A DNA stretch of 64,000 nt, taken from assembly GCF_001194135.2 (NCBI RefSeq), contig NC_068995.1, positions 33,367,218 through 33,431,217 of the forward strand. Reading direction: 5' to 3'. The notes under the pieces are model-generated. The model did no database searches. It had not been told where the DNA came from and saw nothing but the letters and a program-made list of their open reading frames with translations. Origin of the DNA: Octopus bimaculoides. Its lineage: Eukaryota. How positions within the stretch are numbered: position 1 is the stretch's first letter; every line of letters begins with the position of its first letter. Both the position numbers and the translations under genes were made by a program. Positions 1-13,444 of this stretch are shown piece by piece.

Positions 1-820
1 CATCTATTAATCAACATAACATTAAGATAATCTGTTTATCAATCTTTTCTTTAAGAGTTGAACTTATGACTTCATTGTGAGCTTTATTCCTCTTTTAATT
101 AGATAAAAAATTTGGGGGGTTTTGATAGCATTAAACTTAAAACCAGCTTTTGTATTGGAGGAATGTAAGATTGAATTTCATTTTCCTACCCACAATCTCT
201 AAAATAGCAAAATTAACAAAGAACTGTTGCTACAACTGTTTCTGTAGCATTAAAGACANNNNNNNNNNTCTCTCTTTTGATGATAAGTCCTCAGTTTATT
301 ACATGTAACTTTCCCAAGTATTCTGGTACTTATTTCTTACATATTGGTGAACTGAGGCAAGCATAATAAATTATTGTGCTGAGAGACAAGTTCCCCCAGC
401 AGACTACAATTTCTGACCAAAAGCTAATTGCTGAGCTCAGGTATTGAGCCAAATTGATGTAAAGTATTCTTTTATATATTTCAGCCTTGAGGCTGTGGCC
501 ATACAAAAACCATTTTTTTTTTTTTTTTCAACTCTTTCCTTAATACTTTGATTTCACATTCTTTATTATAAAGAAGTGCTTGAAAAATTCACTCAGCTAT
601 TTGTATTTTCATATTTGTGAAAAAGTGGGCAGTCAAGTAGGAGGAATGCTATATTGGTAATCTAAATGCTTTTTGTTTAGTTACATTCTGAGTTCAAATC
701 TCACCAGCTTAAGTTCTGACTTTCATCTCTCTGGGCTTGATTAAAAAAAAAAAAGTACCAGTCATGGACAAGACTTCTTTCAATTATATCTCTTTTCTGC
801 AAATTAGTGGATATATAAAA

Positions 821-1018
821 AAAGGGTGCTGAAAAGTTCCTGGCTTTGGGTAAAATACGGGTGGATCAGTTAATTATGATTTTATTCAACATATTCACAT
901 ACTTATTGGAGTCGTCTTTCAGTTTTTCTAAGCTCTGTAAAAAGAATTCAGGAAGTTGGACCTTCAACCAGGCTTTTCATGATACCCTTAAAGCCAGCAA
1001 TTTTTCTCCAACCCTCTG
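821..1018. mobile_element. Mariner-derived MITE
   Basis: Imperfect terminal inverted repeats agggtgctgaaaagttcctggcttt (823-847) and aaagccagcaatttttctccaaccctct (~990-1017); TA follows at 1019-1020; no ORF. Confidence 0.7.
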
Positions 1019-1572
1019 TAAAAAAGCATTACATTAATGTTAATATTATCCAAAAGAAATCTATATTTAAAACACAAATTTCATTGTATACATTTGCTTC
1101 CAGCCCAAATCAGTTACGTGAAACGTTATAAATTGTGGCTACACTAGACATAAATGTATAATAATGCAAATTTGTTGATCCTTCCAAAAGAAATTGTATA
1201 TCTGTGGCTGAATTTTTATCATGACATGTACAGTCCATATTGTATGTCATTGATTTGTGCTCCAAAACAGAACTGTATTCCAATAACCTCAATTTTATAA
1301 ACCAAAAATAGATACAATTTGCACTTTGTAACTGTCAATACATTCATTTTCTTCAATTCAAAACTCAAAATTTTAATTTTTATGAACCATTGATCCAGGT
1401 TGCCATTAGAAAATGGATGTTTTCTTCTATAGCAAGGCCCATGAAACTAGTCTCTCATGATCTCTGTTAGGTCTGTATGTCAGTGAGTTTGGCATTGTAT
1501 AGCAGCTTTTCCTAAGACCCACTGTTCCTAAAGATTATTAAACAAAATTGATTTTTTTTTTTTTTTTTACAG

Positions 1573-1672
1573 AACAAAAAGTAGGCCAAGTACCTACAAC
1601 ACCTGGAACCTGTCTATGAAATACAACTCACACTTAGATTGGTCTACCAAACTCATTAAATCATTTGCATAA
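1573..1672 (+). CDS. Possible terminal exon of an upstream gene lying outside the window
   Basis: Long poly-T tract plus acag acceptor ending at 1572. Phase 1 reads EQKVGQVPTTPGTCL* (stop 1617-1619); phase 2 is open to taa at 1670-1672. AT-rich UTR-like sequence follows. No homology recognised. Confidence 0.25.
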
Positions 1673-4259
1673 AGAAAAAAAAATCATTGCTGTCTATTAT
1701 AATCCTTCTATGAAACTGAGTTGCCACTCTAACTCATCCCCCACATCAAAACAGCATCCATTTTTTTTGGATTTTTGCTATACTACTCCCATATTCTCTT
1801 GCTCCTGTGTCTGTGCTGTTCATATAAATCCTTTCTTAAAGCATGTTAAACATTTCTTATTTAAATCTACATTTCTCTTAGCCTCTGCAACCTGACTAAC
1901 CTACAATTTAGACTAGAACTTAATTATTTTGCTAATATTGGTCAGGTGTACTTAACATCATGTAATCTGTCTTACTTTTTGAAAACAAAAGTTTTTACAT
2001 TTTTTTATATATATACTGTGTGTGTATACACATGTACACTGTAAGAGATCCTTTACATGTTCCCTCTTTTTTCAGAAAAACCATTGAAGAAAAAAAAAAC
2101 ATTTAAATATAGGGTACCATCAATGCTAAGTATACCATATATGGGAACCTACATTAAAGGTCAATTGAAGAGCACTTTTTTAAAAAATCTTTAAGAACTA
2201 TAACTATATAAAAGAAAGTGTGATGTTTTATTGTAGAACAATGTTAGTCCTGTAGTCTAGAAAGGAAAGTCACTCTTACAGTTGTAATTTTCAGAATGCT
2301 TCTGCTTTTTTAATCATAGTGCCAATGTACTTAAGTACCATTAGTTGTCTTTGAATTAAAAATGAAAATTCCTCCCAAGTTTACTTGGAGATGAAGTTTA
2401 CAGAAATATTTTAAAATCCCAACTGAGTCAATTAAAAACCCATTGAATATATAGATATAACTCTAAACCATATCCCACTGCAAGTTGAATCTCAAGACAA
2501 GGGAATTCTAGTCCAGTAACATTAATGCTTTATTTTATGTAGCTCAAGGATTGAAACCAAGCTATCTGAGAAACTCACATGTGATGTGTTATTGTTTCAT
2601 CCACTTGCTATTATAGAAATCAAACTGAACCCCTACAGTTTGTGCAGCATCAACTAAAGTGAAAAGGCTTTATGATTAAATAATAGACTGCACTATGCCA
2701 ACTGTTAATCTTTTATGGCATTTTAAACTGGTAGCTAACTGTCTTAAAAGAATTTTGCATTCAATGAAATACTAATGCTAGTGTCTTCAATAATAGAGAT
2801 GCTTGTGATTGTAGGACACTGTTTTGTAGTATTTAATTACAGCCTCTTCAGTTTTAACTTCACATCTCATTGAGGCTGACTAGCTGGTGTTCCTTGATAA
2901 AATAAGTTATATAGTAGAGGGAATTCTATAGCCTAAACTTCTTAATAATTAGAAATATTTTCTTGCTAAGGACATTAGCAGAAGAAAATACATCAACTAA
3001 TAACCTGGATAAAATTACTATACTGCAAATATATAAGGAACACATGTTAGCAGTGTTAATCTTTTAGTCATTCTTAACCATTTTTATGCAAATATATTTT
3101 AACTTCATGCATCTTACACAGCTTATAGGTATTATAAGATGGTTAGAATCTCAAATGGCTACTCAGAAATTCATCAGTTACCTTTAAAATGCTTCACTGT
3201 AGTATACACAAGACCAATAGCTATATATTTGTTGATGTACTTATATCATAATGTTGAAAGCTTCCTGTCGTTAATGTAACAGTTCATTCTGCAAATTTGT
3301 TCTTACAAATTTGGTAAGTTTAAATACTAAGGATTTAATAGAGGAGTTTAGTCAGCTGCATTCTTTCCATTACTAAATATTTGGTACTTATTTTATCAAG
3401 GAGCAAAGCCAGTCAATGCTAATGATCAATATTTAGTTTTGATTTCTACAATAGGAAGTGAATAAGACAAATCTTTCCCTGAAGTGCTTTTTTTTTGGTT
3501 TTGTTGTGAATGACATTGGAAACAGACAAACACGTGGTTCATTTTTTAGTTGAAGGTATCTGAAAATATTGTTATATATACATTGGCCAGTATATGTTAG
3601 AAGTGAACCAATGTCCAGAGATTGATCATTGATCAAAGTGACCAATTATTGCATTTGACTGTAACAAAGCTGTTCATTTTTTTCTTGTGCTATTATTTAG
3701 CATTGATACAGTCCTGTTCCTGAAATGTTTATTTTAACCTTATTTTTGTTGGAGCAAATAAAACCAATAGTATTTTATTAATTTGTGATATGCTTTTGGT
3801 GTTTTGTTTTTGTAAGTTTTAAATTTGAGATGTGTTCTATGCAAAATGTATTTGAACTGTAGCTCAAGATAATAATGAGAAAACAATTGTGAAATAGCTA
3901 TTCATTTAAAGTTAAGAGTCTCACCAGATCTAGAAGAGCTAAACAATCTTGTCAAATACATCAAGTTCACAGGAAACTACTTTTCTATGATGGATTGGTT
4001 AGATTGGTCATCAAATCTCACCTATGTCTCTTCCCATGTCTTCTATGGGCATTGTTTGATACTTATTTGCCTAACTTATACCCCACCCCATACACATATC
4101 AGTTTATTCTTACACCTATCATAGCTGATTTCTCTGTAACATCTTTCACTAAACTAGTATTTATTCTAAGCTCGATGCTCTCTCCCTCTGACTGGGATAA
4201 CCTTGTATCTCCTCTACAACAAGACACCTGTTTCTGTCTCTCTATCATAATTTAATCTC

Positions 4260-4540
4260 TTATCACTTGACATAAGGCCACCTCCTTTGACACCATTCCC
4301 CTCTCAGTCAAGAGATCTTTGTCTTGCAAGTTATGTGGTGACCTTACCAGTGCTGGTGCTACATAAAAAGCACCCAGTCCACTCTGTAAAGTGGTTGACA
4401 TTAGGAAGAGTATCCAGTCATAAAATCCTTGCATAAGTAGACAGTGGGGCTCAATGAAGTCCCTAGGCTTACCAGCTCCTGTCAAACAGTCAATTCCATG
4501 CCAGTATGGAAGATAGATGTCAAATGATGATGGTGATGAC
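4260..4540 (+). mobile_element. Diverged copy of the RTE-LINE 3'-tail family (family C)
   Basis: gtgctggtgctacataaaaagcacccagtccactctgtaaagtggttgacattaggaagagtatccag ... ccatgccagtatggaagatagatgtcaaatgatgatgg matches the tail at 17340-17625. Confidence 0.7.
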
Positions 4541-6138
4541 TTATTTCTCATAGTTTAAATCACAAGCAACTTTTTAGAATGGTCCACTTTCAATTTTTTT
4601 CACATTTGCCTGTGTATCTCCCCCTGTTTAAAAAGCCATCAACTATTTAATGGCCCACAAATACATTAAATGTGAAAAGACCTAAGGTCCCAAAAGACCA
4701 CTGTGAGCCATAGTTCACCTGTTGCTAACCCCTGGTTTAAACCAACAAATTTTATTTATTCAATCTCATCCCTCACCTCCTGTCTCTCTCTCTCTTTCTC
4801 TCTCTGTTCTTTCTACACTTTAGCCACTTGTAAGTACATATGGATTTGTATGTATATAATAAATTATGGCTTATAATTTTCTAGAGAACATATATATTGT
4901 TTTACCAATATATTATTTTTTCTGTCCAATTCTATTATTATGAATCTGAATTGGGAGCTTAAGTCTTAGTGAATCTTTCATTAGTTGATTACACAACCTT
5001 GGACGCCATCCCTATGGATGCATTACAGTTACTCTCTTGATAGAGCTTGGTGATCCTGACCGTTGATCTAGGATTCCCCCACTCAGAATCAATGTAAGAA
5101 GCACAATTGGCTCAGTTGAGCTCTTCTGCTGCCTCTTCACAATCCACCATACTGCAGTCCCATGACTCTGCTGTATGTTTGGCAAGGTAGCTGAATGGGT
5201 ACTATACCTTGCCAAAGTACAGCCCATAACTATGCAGAGCATGATCAAAATACTCACATACCAATATATATGTATATTGAAGTAATTGAAATTTTGTAAG
5301 ATATTTCTTTAAATATCACATCCTGTATAGGGGACTCCTATATACTGATGATTCTTATAGCCGAATCTATAACAGAATTAGAGAAGATATTCCAAAACAA
5401 AACATGGAATTAAGAAGCCCCAAGGTAAACTTGGCTAAAACTTAAGTGCAATTGAGTTGGAAGGAAGATAAGACCCTGGTACCATTACAGAAATAGCCTT
5501 GTTCAATAAACAGGAAAGGAGTAAGTAGGAACTCCAGGGATGTACTAGTGTGAGTTATGAATGCAGAAGGAACCACAAACATAACATAGAAGGCAGGCTT
5601 TGTATGAGGTAGATGCACTGAGGCTATAGGCATTAAGAGGACACTGAAAATTAGAGTTTCTTAGATACCCAGACAGTTCACTATAACTAATTGATAACTT
5701 CTATTACTTTGGTAACAGTGAAGCTGGTTGCTCAGAAAGTATTGTAGCTAAAGTAAGAATGGGTTGAAGAAAAAATCAGGGAATTATTATTTCTGCTACC
5801 AACAAAAGTTTTCTCCTTCTGAGGGAAGGACACATTATATGATACTTGTGATCAAAATGTGATGCAGCATGATATTAAGACATAGGCCTTGAATCCAAAA
5901 TAATTATGAAGGCCAGAAAGAAATAAACAAGCATGCCATGCAGGATGGGATATGTCAGTGTGGAGTTGCACCAAGAGGCAAGACAAGAGGCTCTCTTAAT
6001 GTCATTGTTGATCCTCTTGATCAGTTGTTTGCATACCAAGCCAGTCTATAACTTCATAGGGTTGATTAAATAATATTTGGGTTAGAAGTAAAGTTTGACT
6101 TTGATCATCATAAAGGCCTCTTTCTTTGCAACACTACA

Positions 6139-6540
6139 TGTTCCCTTAATGGCTGCTGCAACACAGAAACAGTCACGTATGAAGCAGAGGTGACATCAAA
6201 GCCCCCCAGTGGGCAGTCAGATGTGTGGAAGTATGTGGGTACTACAGAAGGTCCTTTCAGAAACAGATTATATAAGTCCTGCAACATCCAGAAGTGATGC
6301 AATGTTTCAGCCCTGTTGAGGTATGTATAGTCATTGAAGGAAAGTACCATGGATCACAACATTAAATGGAGTGTCCTGGAGAAGTACAAACCTTACTTTA
6401 ACAGTAGCAGACAGTACAGGTCATGTCTAGCCAAGAAAAGAACCATGTTTAAAAAAACTCTCTTCACCAGGACACTTACCTAAACTGCAAGAGTGAAATT
6501 TTTCATTCTTCCCACATGAGAGAAAATATGTGATTGCTTA
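6139..6540 (+). mobile_element. Penelope-like retroelement remnant, GIY-YIG endonuclease region (decayed)
   Basis: Manual translation CSLNGCCNTETVTYEAEVTSK...KYVGTTEGPFRNRL...ALLRYV*SLKE..DHNIKWSVLEKYKPYFNSSRQYRSCLAKKRTM, then LNCKSEIF after a frameshift. Fits the PLE C-terminal pattern (VxY...YxGxT..F..R...IKW.IL...Y....C.LC..EK...LN..SE); in-frame stops. Confidence 0.8.
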
Positions 6541-6648
6541 GGACCTCCACCATCATAAACTGAAAGTCCAACACATTAGGTTAAAGATTTGGGCACCTAT
6601 CTAATTCCTCCTCCAATCCACTCACACATACACATAAACTGCAACATA

Positions 6649-6800
6649 TGAGGGTGAGCTGAAAAGTTCATAGGCTGACTATGAAGGAGTGATGCTAGAG
6701 CTATGAAATCTTGCATGAATTAATTTCAACTCTTATTAATGATTGCATTGTTTCTTCATAAGTAAACTCACATCTGAATGTTCACAGAAGACTTCAAAGC
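6649..6800 (+). mobile_element. Mariner-type terminal fragment
   Basis: ta|tgagggtgagctgaaaagttcataggct resembles the TIR at 823-847; no partner TIR found. Confidence 0.5.
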
Positions 6801-6919
6801 AAGCTTCTTATCAAGCAGCCACACCTGTGCCAACACCCACCCACACCCACACCCACACACACAGAAAGAGACAGGGAGAGGTAGATAGATGTAATTGCTA
6901 TGATAGAAGCATTAGCACA

Positions 6920-7420
6920 CCAAACAAAATACTTAGGAGCAAAATGCTAGCTACATTTTGTTTGTCTTTGCATTTTGAGTTCAAATTCCACCAAGGTTGG
7001 CTTTGCCTTTCATCCTTTTGGAGTTGATAAAGTAAGTATCAGTCTTGAAGTTGATAAAATCAATTAACTCCTCCTGCAAAATTTCAGCTTTGTATTCATA
7101 GCAGAAAAAGATTATTGATTGATAGACGTTACAAGTGACTCAAGGGCTGAGAGTTTCAGCCAATGTCCGTGGGCCACTCTGTAATGTCTACCAAATATTA
7201 ATGATAATAATGGTATCAAATTTTGGCTCAAGGTCAGCAAGTTTGGGAGAGGGGGTAAGTTGATTACATCGAACCCAATGCTCAACTGGTCCTTATTTTA
7301 TCAACCACGAAAGGATGAAATGCAAAGTCAACCTTGGTGGAATTTGAACTCAGAATGTGAAGACAGATGAAATGCCGCTAAGCATTTTAGCTAGTATGTT
7401 AACGATTCTACCAACTCGCC
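6920..7420. mobile_element. Two short tRNA-type SINEs (family B), one per strand
   Basis: Core ttgagttcaaattccaccaaggttggctttgcctttcatcc...gataaagtaagtatcag on + (~6920-7100); its reverse complement at 7215-7420. Confidence 0.8.
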
Positions 7421-7440
7421 TTATTATTATTATTATTATA

Positions 7441-7885
7441 GGTGCAGGAGTGGCTGTGTGGTAAGTAGCTTGCTAACCAACTACATGGTTCCAGGTTCAG
7501 TCCCACTGCGTGGCACCTTGGGCAACTGTCTTCTACTATAGCGTNNNNNNNNNNGTCCCACTGCGTGGCACCTTGGGCAACTGTCTTCTACTATAGCGTT
7601 GGGCCAACCAAAGCCTCGTGAGTGGATTTGGTAGACGGAAACTGAAAGAAGTCCGTCGTATATATATATATATATATAGATATATATATATGTATGTGTG
7701 TGTCCCAACATCACTTGACAACTGATGCTGGTGTGTTTACATCCCTGTAACTTAGCGGTTCAGCATAAGAGACCGATAGAATAAGTACTAAGCTTACAAA
7801 GATTAAGTCCTGGGGACGATTTACTTGACTAAAGGCAGTGCTCCAGCATGGCTGCAGTCAAAATGACTGAAACGAATAAAAGAAT
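7441..7885 (+). mobile_element. Long tRNA-type SINE with internal microsatellite (family A)
   Basis: Head ggtgcaggagtggctgtgtggtaagtagcttg...ggttcagtcccactgcgtggcaccttgggcaa, internal (TA)n, tail gtgctccagcatggctgcagtcaaaatgactgaaac; many near-identical copies in the window. Confidence 0.9.
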
Positions 7886-7894
7886 TTTTTTTAA

Positions 7895-7895
7895 A

Positions 7896-7935
<40 letters not shown>

Positions 7936-9275
7936 GCATTTCATTTATTGGCCACTAGTGCTGACATACAGTAGACAGGGACAGTGGGGGTTTTACACAA
8001 AACAACAAATAAACAATTAGGAAAACAATAAACATTAAACAAGAAAAATATAACAATGAGATTTCCCCAATAGGGGGGTGACCACCCAGGGTTGGCTCAG
8101 GTACCCCACCAATCTTGAACCACCTGTTGCTTTGCGAGTACCCAGGTACACCTCTCCTTCTCAAATTTACCAGCCTACAGGTGCATTATTAGAGTAGATA
8201 CACTCACATGGGCCATTTTCACTACATTCACCTCCCTTTCAGCAAATGTACTGGGGTGGCATCACTTCTCTCTCCACCCTCATCTTGCTTTCCAAGTGAA
8301 ATTTTAAAAAGTTGATGAGGGATTGGCTGAAGAGAAAGTGTCTGTCTTCAGTCCCTTAAACCAGGTCCACCATGCAACCTCTTTCACTATGGCTACCAGA
8401 CAGAGGAAAATTGCCTGCCCTTCCTGGTCAAAGGAAGGCAGCAGGTCAATCTTCACTATGGACTCAGCCGATAGCTGGATCCATCCTACATGCAACGACA
8501 ACTGTTTGACATAATTCCACAAGTCAGTAATGCATGGACACTGGACAAGTGCATGCAGAACGGTTTTGTCACTCTGCGCACATCTTGAGCAGGTCTATCT
8601 GACAGCACTTCCATGCTTGTAGAGTTTATCTCGAACTGGTAGTGCCCCCACCCAGCCCAGTAGCACTGCCAAGCAAGGGATTTCTGGAAGTTATCCATCG
8701 TCCCAGGCCCAAAAGTCCTCCAGAACAGACTGGTCAGTTTGACTTGGTTGACGCCCAGCACCTCTTGAAGTGCATCATCGCACTTTCCCATCACTAACCT
8801 TCTATAGAACTCAAGAGTGGATGTTCACTGACTGACCTTTCCACCTGGTAGAGGGAAGTGAGTGCCTGGCAACATTCCAGATGCCACTCACTCTGTTTGG
8901 GTCTCTTCTTGACCCAGAACTGCAGCTCAGTCAAGGAGACAAGCTGAGGAAAGGCCTGTTTGACAAACGGTGACCACACCTGTTCACCATTTAGGCAGAA
9001 TATCTGGAGATCTCACAGCCTCAGCACATGTCTATGCATCATTACCCACAGCATGCCCAGTCCTACACATAGAGGGTGCTGGCAGCAGATGGACTGCCTC
9101 ACCAACAGAGCCTGTCCCCTCCACAAGAATTTGAAGAGGAGGTGCTCCAACTTGGTGAGGTGCGAATGGGGACAAGGCACAACAGTCAGGCAGTAGTAGA
9201 TGATAGACACAATGTACGTATTCACCACCTCCGCCTGATCTTTTAGTGACACCTTCCTCACAGCCCATTTCTTCT
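7895..9275 (-). mobile_element. 5'-truncated L1/Tx1-clade LINE (ORF2 C-terminal part, 3' UTR, (TAA)n tail)
   Basis: Minus-strand fragments RKVSLKDQAEVVNTYIVSIIYY..VVPCP...KLEHLLFKFLWRG...GLGM and WSPFVKQAFP match the L1/Tx1 post-RT region. AATAAA (minus strand, ~7945-7950) is followed by (TAA)n. Confidence 0.75.
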
Positions 9276-9429
9276 AGTGTCTTGTGAAAGTCAGGTGGTT
9301 CAACTTCCATAATTGGTGGGGTTTTTTTTGGGAACACCTTTAAAAGTCTTGATGTGGGTTTCACATTTGGAGTTCCTATGTTCCAAGGAAAGCTCTCTAG
9401 AATTGTATAGGAATCAAGCAGCATTCACA

Positions 9430-10560
9430 CATGACCTTTGTCCTTGCTTTGAGGTGGGTGAGATTGAAGAGCCTGCCATCTGATCTGGTCCACATATAAA
9501 TTCCTTCTTGTGCTGTGCTGAAAGCATGTGTCAGAAGGAGAGAGAAGAAAATCCCGAAGAGCATTGGGGCAAGCACACAGCCTTGCTTGACTCCACTGCG
9601 TATGTCGAAGGGCTCAGAGAGGTTGCTGTTGAACTGCACAGTTCCCTTCATGTTTGAGTGAAAGGACTCAATTAAGCTGTGCAGTCTTGGAGGGCAGCCA
9701 ATCTTATAGAGAGCCTTGAAGAGGCCGTCTCTGCTGACGAGGTCGAAAGCCTTGGTGAGGTCAATGAATGCAACATACAGGGGCATCAGCTGCACCCTGC
9801 ACTTCTCCTGGAGTTGACAAAGGGAGATCATGTCTACAGTGGACCTTTCAGCTTGGAACTGCACTGTGATTCTGGGTAGACATGCTCAGCCAACTTCTGC
9901 AGATGGGTCAGAAGGACCCGGGTGTAGACTTTGCCAACAATGTTGACTTGTTCTTGTACAGGGTAACAATCTTTGCATCTCTCATGTCTTGCAGTACAGC
10001 TCCCTCTCTCCAGCACTGGCAGAGGACTTCATGCAAAGGGTGCAGTAGGGTAACCTTATAGTGCTTGATGATATCTGGTGGGATGCTGTTGCTGCCTGGA
10101 GCTTTGCCTGCTGCTAGGCTGTTGATGGCCTTGCTGAGCTCATACATTGGTTGGCTCTGCATCGAGCTCTTCCATGACCGGCATGCATTCGATGACGTTA
10201 AGGGCTGAAGAGGTCACTGTGTTCTCTCTGGAATAGAGCTCAGAATAGTGCTCCACCCATCTGTCCATTTGTTGGCCTTGATCAGTGATGACTTCCCAAG
10301 TGAGGAATTTGAGGGGGCTGTCTTGCTCTGCGTTGGTTCCAGCGCCCTCTTGATGCCATTGTACATCCCTCTGATGTTGCCAGTTGCAGTGGCCATATGG
10401 ATCGACTCACTACGCTCTGTCCAGTACTCAATGGTGTAGTGCCTGGTGGTGTGCTTTACCTTGCTCCTGGCACTCTTTAGAATCTGCAGGTTCCTCTCAG
10501 TGGGTGACCACTTTTATTCTGCCAGTGTTGTGCCTCGTTTGGCTTCAATTACAGAGGTCA
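9430..10560 (-). mobile_element. RTE-clade (BovB-like) LINE, reverse-transcriptase fragment
   Basis: RSTVDMI..QLQEKCR.Q.MPLYVAFIDLTKAFDLVSRDGLFK.L.KIGCPPRL...IESFH..MKGTVQF....SEPFDIRSGVKQGCVLAP.LF; upstream AAGKAPG..IPPDIIK and DAKIVTLYKNK; frameshifted. Confidence 0.92.
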
Positions 10561-10564
10561 TATA

Positions 10565-10643
<79 letters not shown>
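10561..10643. repeat. (TA)n microsatellite
   Basis: Direct observation; bounds the 5' end of the RTE fragment. Confidence 0.95.
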
Positions 10644-10646
<3 letters not shown>

Positions 10647-13444
10647 TACATAACAGCATACCTGTGTATATATGAACTGTGGGTATTGGGGTATGATTAC
10701 CTTCTATGTATATTTCCTATTTAGTACTGGGGATGTTTCATTTATGAGGAGGTACTCCTCTATTTGTCTGAGTGTTGGATCCTTTGGATGTTTGGATAAA
10801 AATGCAGATGTCAAGGTGACTCAGTGTGCCTCCACGTTGGTCTTTGGCATGTTGGTAGAGTATGGAGGACTGTTTTTTGTCATCACATTGTCTCAAATGT
10901 TCATTTAGTCTCCCTGCAATGCTTCTAGATGTCTCATGACATATACAGGTGAGACAACTGGTTCAGGAGCAGTCCCACCCGTGAGGGATTGATGTTAGAT
11001 GTGTCGAAACAATTGTTGTGATTAATAATAAATTCTCGTATGTTTCATCTTCTGTCTTTCATTTACCACACACACACAAGACCTAAATATGTATGTATGT
11101 ATGTGTGTGAGCGTAGTTACAGAAAAATATGTACATTTCGTCATTCTAATTTCGCCTTTTAATTTTACCTCAAAATTTTAACTTTACATAAGATAACGGG
11201 AACAAACCAAATTCATACTCAATCAACAAAAAAAAAAAGATCATGTCTGTTCTGAAGCAAAATGCCAACAAAAAGTTAGTGACGAGAAAAGCTTCATTGG
11301 CTAAATCTAACAAAGATTCTAGAGGTAAATTGGCGAGGCAAAAGCAAAAACGCGGTAACACAAATTAGTGTATAATCATTTCGTTTCATTTATGTCGCCA
11401 AGCTCTGATTTGTAGCAACTAACTGTAGTTTGTATTGGAGATAATGGTTGTCTCACATGGATAATGTATGTATGAATATACAAAGGACCATGCTTTAATG
11501 TTATTTCTCGTAAAATTCTAGACAGGTCAGTTGCATAGTTTCTATTCTTTTAACATTATATTGTGAACTTTTTCATTGCAACTATATAAGGTTAGTTAGT
11601 ATATCTACATTGGTTTGTTTTGAACTTCATCGGTTAATGATTTTGTTTACCCAGATATCAGTTTCGGCACATTGCAACTTTATTTCAAGAACCATCCATA
11701 GGTTTGCTAACTTAACATTAAATACGTTAATTGTATATTTCTCCAGCTCTTTTACTCTAAATTGATAATTTAAATTTTGCGTAATTCTTCAAGTCTATTG
11801 AACAGAGGAACTAAATATTTCTTACTTTTCTATTATGTTTTGTTTGACTTTTCAAAGAGGGGCACCTGTATGCAACTTGTGATTAAATAAGAATTTAGGT
11901 GTTAATCCATTTTCACACCATGTAATCTCACTGATATATTACTGAACATGTCAAGCAACTTACCGAAAAGCATCTTAGATATACTAGATCTGCAACAGTT
12001 GCTGGAAATAATGTACAGAACTATGTCGAAGTTAATGCAAAGATCTTCATCTCAAACGATGTTTCGTACAAAACCATACACTAAAATAATGTTTTTGAAC
12101 ATTAGTTTGGAACCAACGGATGAAAACAACCGTTCCCTTCTATTAAGACTCGAAACTATTAGTAAAAGAAGGTAGTAAAGTAATATTAAGATGTGGGACT
12201 CGGGACATTTTATCATATATTAAAACATATGGAGGAGACAACTGAAGGTCTTAGCATCGTCTATGAATTAAAGTCTAAAATTACAAATAAATCTATCGGG
12301 GAATTTTCTTCAGTCTCGATTCTATTCAAATATCCTGTATTATCAAAGTAAAAATAGTTTAATACAAAAAGGTATCTATTTTATTATATAATCAAGTGAT
12401 GTATTTAATCTTTGAAACAATTTCTCCTAGTAAGATCAAAGAAAGTAACCTTAGAGATAAGTCAGCACTTTCTGTTGTCCTTCAAAAGAAAACAAGAAAA
12501 TGCGATCACTCATATTTTACTTCAAACATTCTTTAAATTTCTAAATGTTAATATGTAAAAAAGCTCCGTTAAATCAGTCAATCGTCCCAGCTTGACATCT
12601 TATACGACCAATTCGCTTTTTATTTCATATCTAACGTAATTTTCCTTTTTACAATTCCTCTTATTATTCTTTTTCTCAAAGACCGCCGAGGTCAACTTTA
12701 CATCCCTTCAGGCTTGACAAAGTACCAGTCGATTGATTTACACTATGGATCCCCGTTCTTGACTGGCCTTGTACTTAAACCGGAAACCATTATTAATATT
12801 TTCTGGTATAGAAGTCACTTTTAACCCCTCCCTTTTCTTCTTAAACATTTTAGGAAGGAAGATGGAAGCAGATTATTGAAATAACTTCTTAACAATTTAT
12901 AAGAAAGACTGAAAGTTATAAAATAACGAAATAATTTTTCTACTGTTAAACAATTCGAAAATTACACACATAGACCGGTCTGACCCACAGACCTAGTTAT
13001 TGGTTGAGTATTGACAACAATCCATTTCGTGAACATTTTATTTCATTAGACCCATTTCACATAGTTGGTAATTCTATGGAATAGAGTCGGAAATTATCTA
13101 CCCCCGCCCCGCACCTAAAGAAAAAAAAAGCCGTAATTTCTGTGTAATGATTAAAGATTTCGATTCTGGAAGAAAAAAAAAATCACCCCATCTTCACCTC
13201 ACTTTTTTGACTTTTTCAGATTTTAAACATCTGAAATTGTGATTCTAAAAAATAATCAAATTTTCACTTTTTGCATAATTACCGGTTTTGACTTGTTTTT
13301 TCCCCCCGAATTTTTTTTTTTTTTTTTTTTTCATACATCAAGATAACAGTTATACAAAAATAAATTTTCACAAATTCAATTATTTGGTAGAGTTTCGTCC
13401 CGAAATTGTTTTACAGAGATGTGGCGAGTGATAAAAAAAAAAGT

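Noticed and set aside
7441-7520. tRNA-like heads of SINEs as tRNA genes
   Set aside because: A/B-box-like sequence continues into the SINE body; no cloverleaf or proper 3' end
7496-7600. 45-bp direct repeat either side of a 10-N gap
   Set aside because: Identical sequence flanking a minimal gap inside a SINE is an unmerged contig overlap, not biology
9275-9430. Apparent chimeric RTE-Tx1 retrotranscript
   Set aside because: About 150 bp of unassigned sequence separates the two co-oriented fragments; independent insertions are the simpler explanation
9734-9750. ctgacga-ggtc-gaaagc resembling a hammerhead core
   Set aside because: No stem II possible; it is the antisense of the RT motif DLTKAFDLVS
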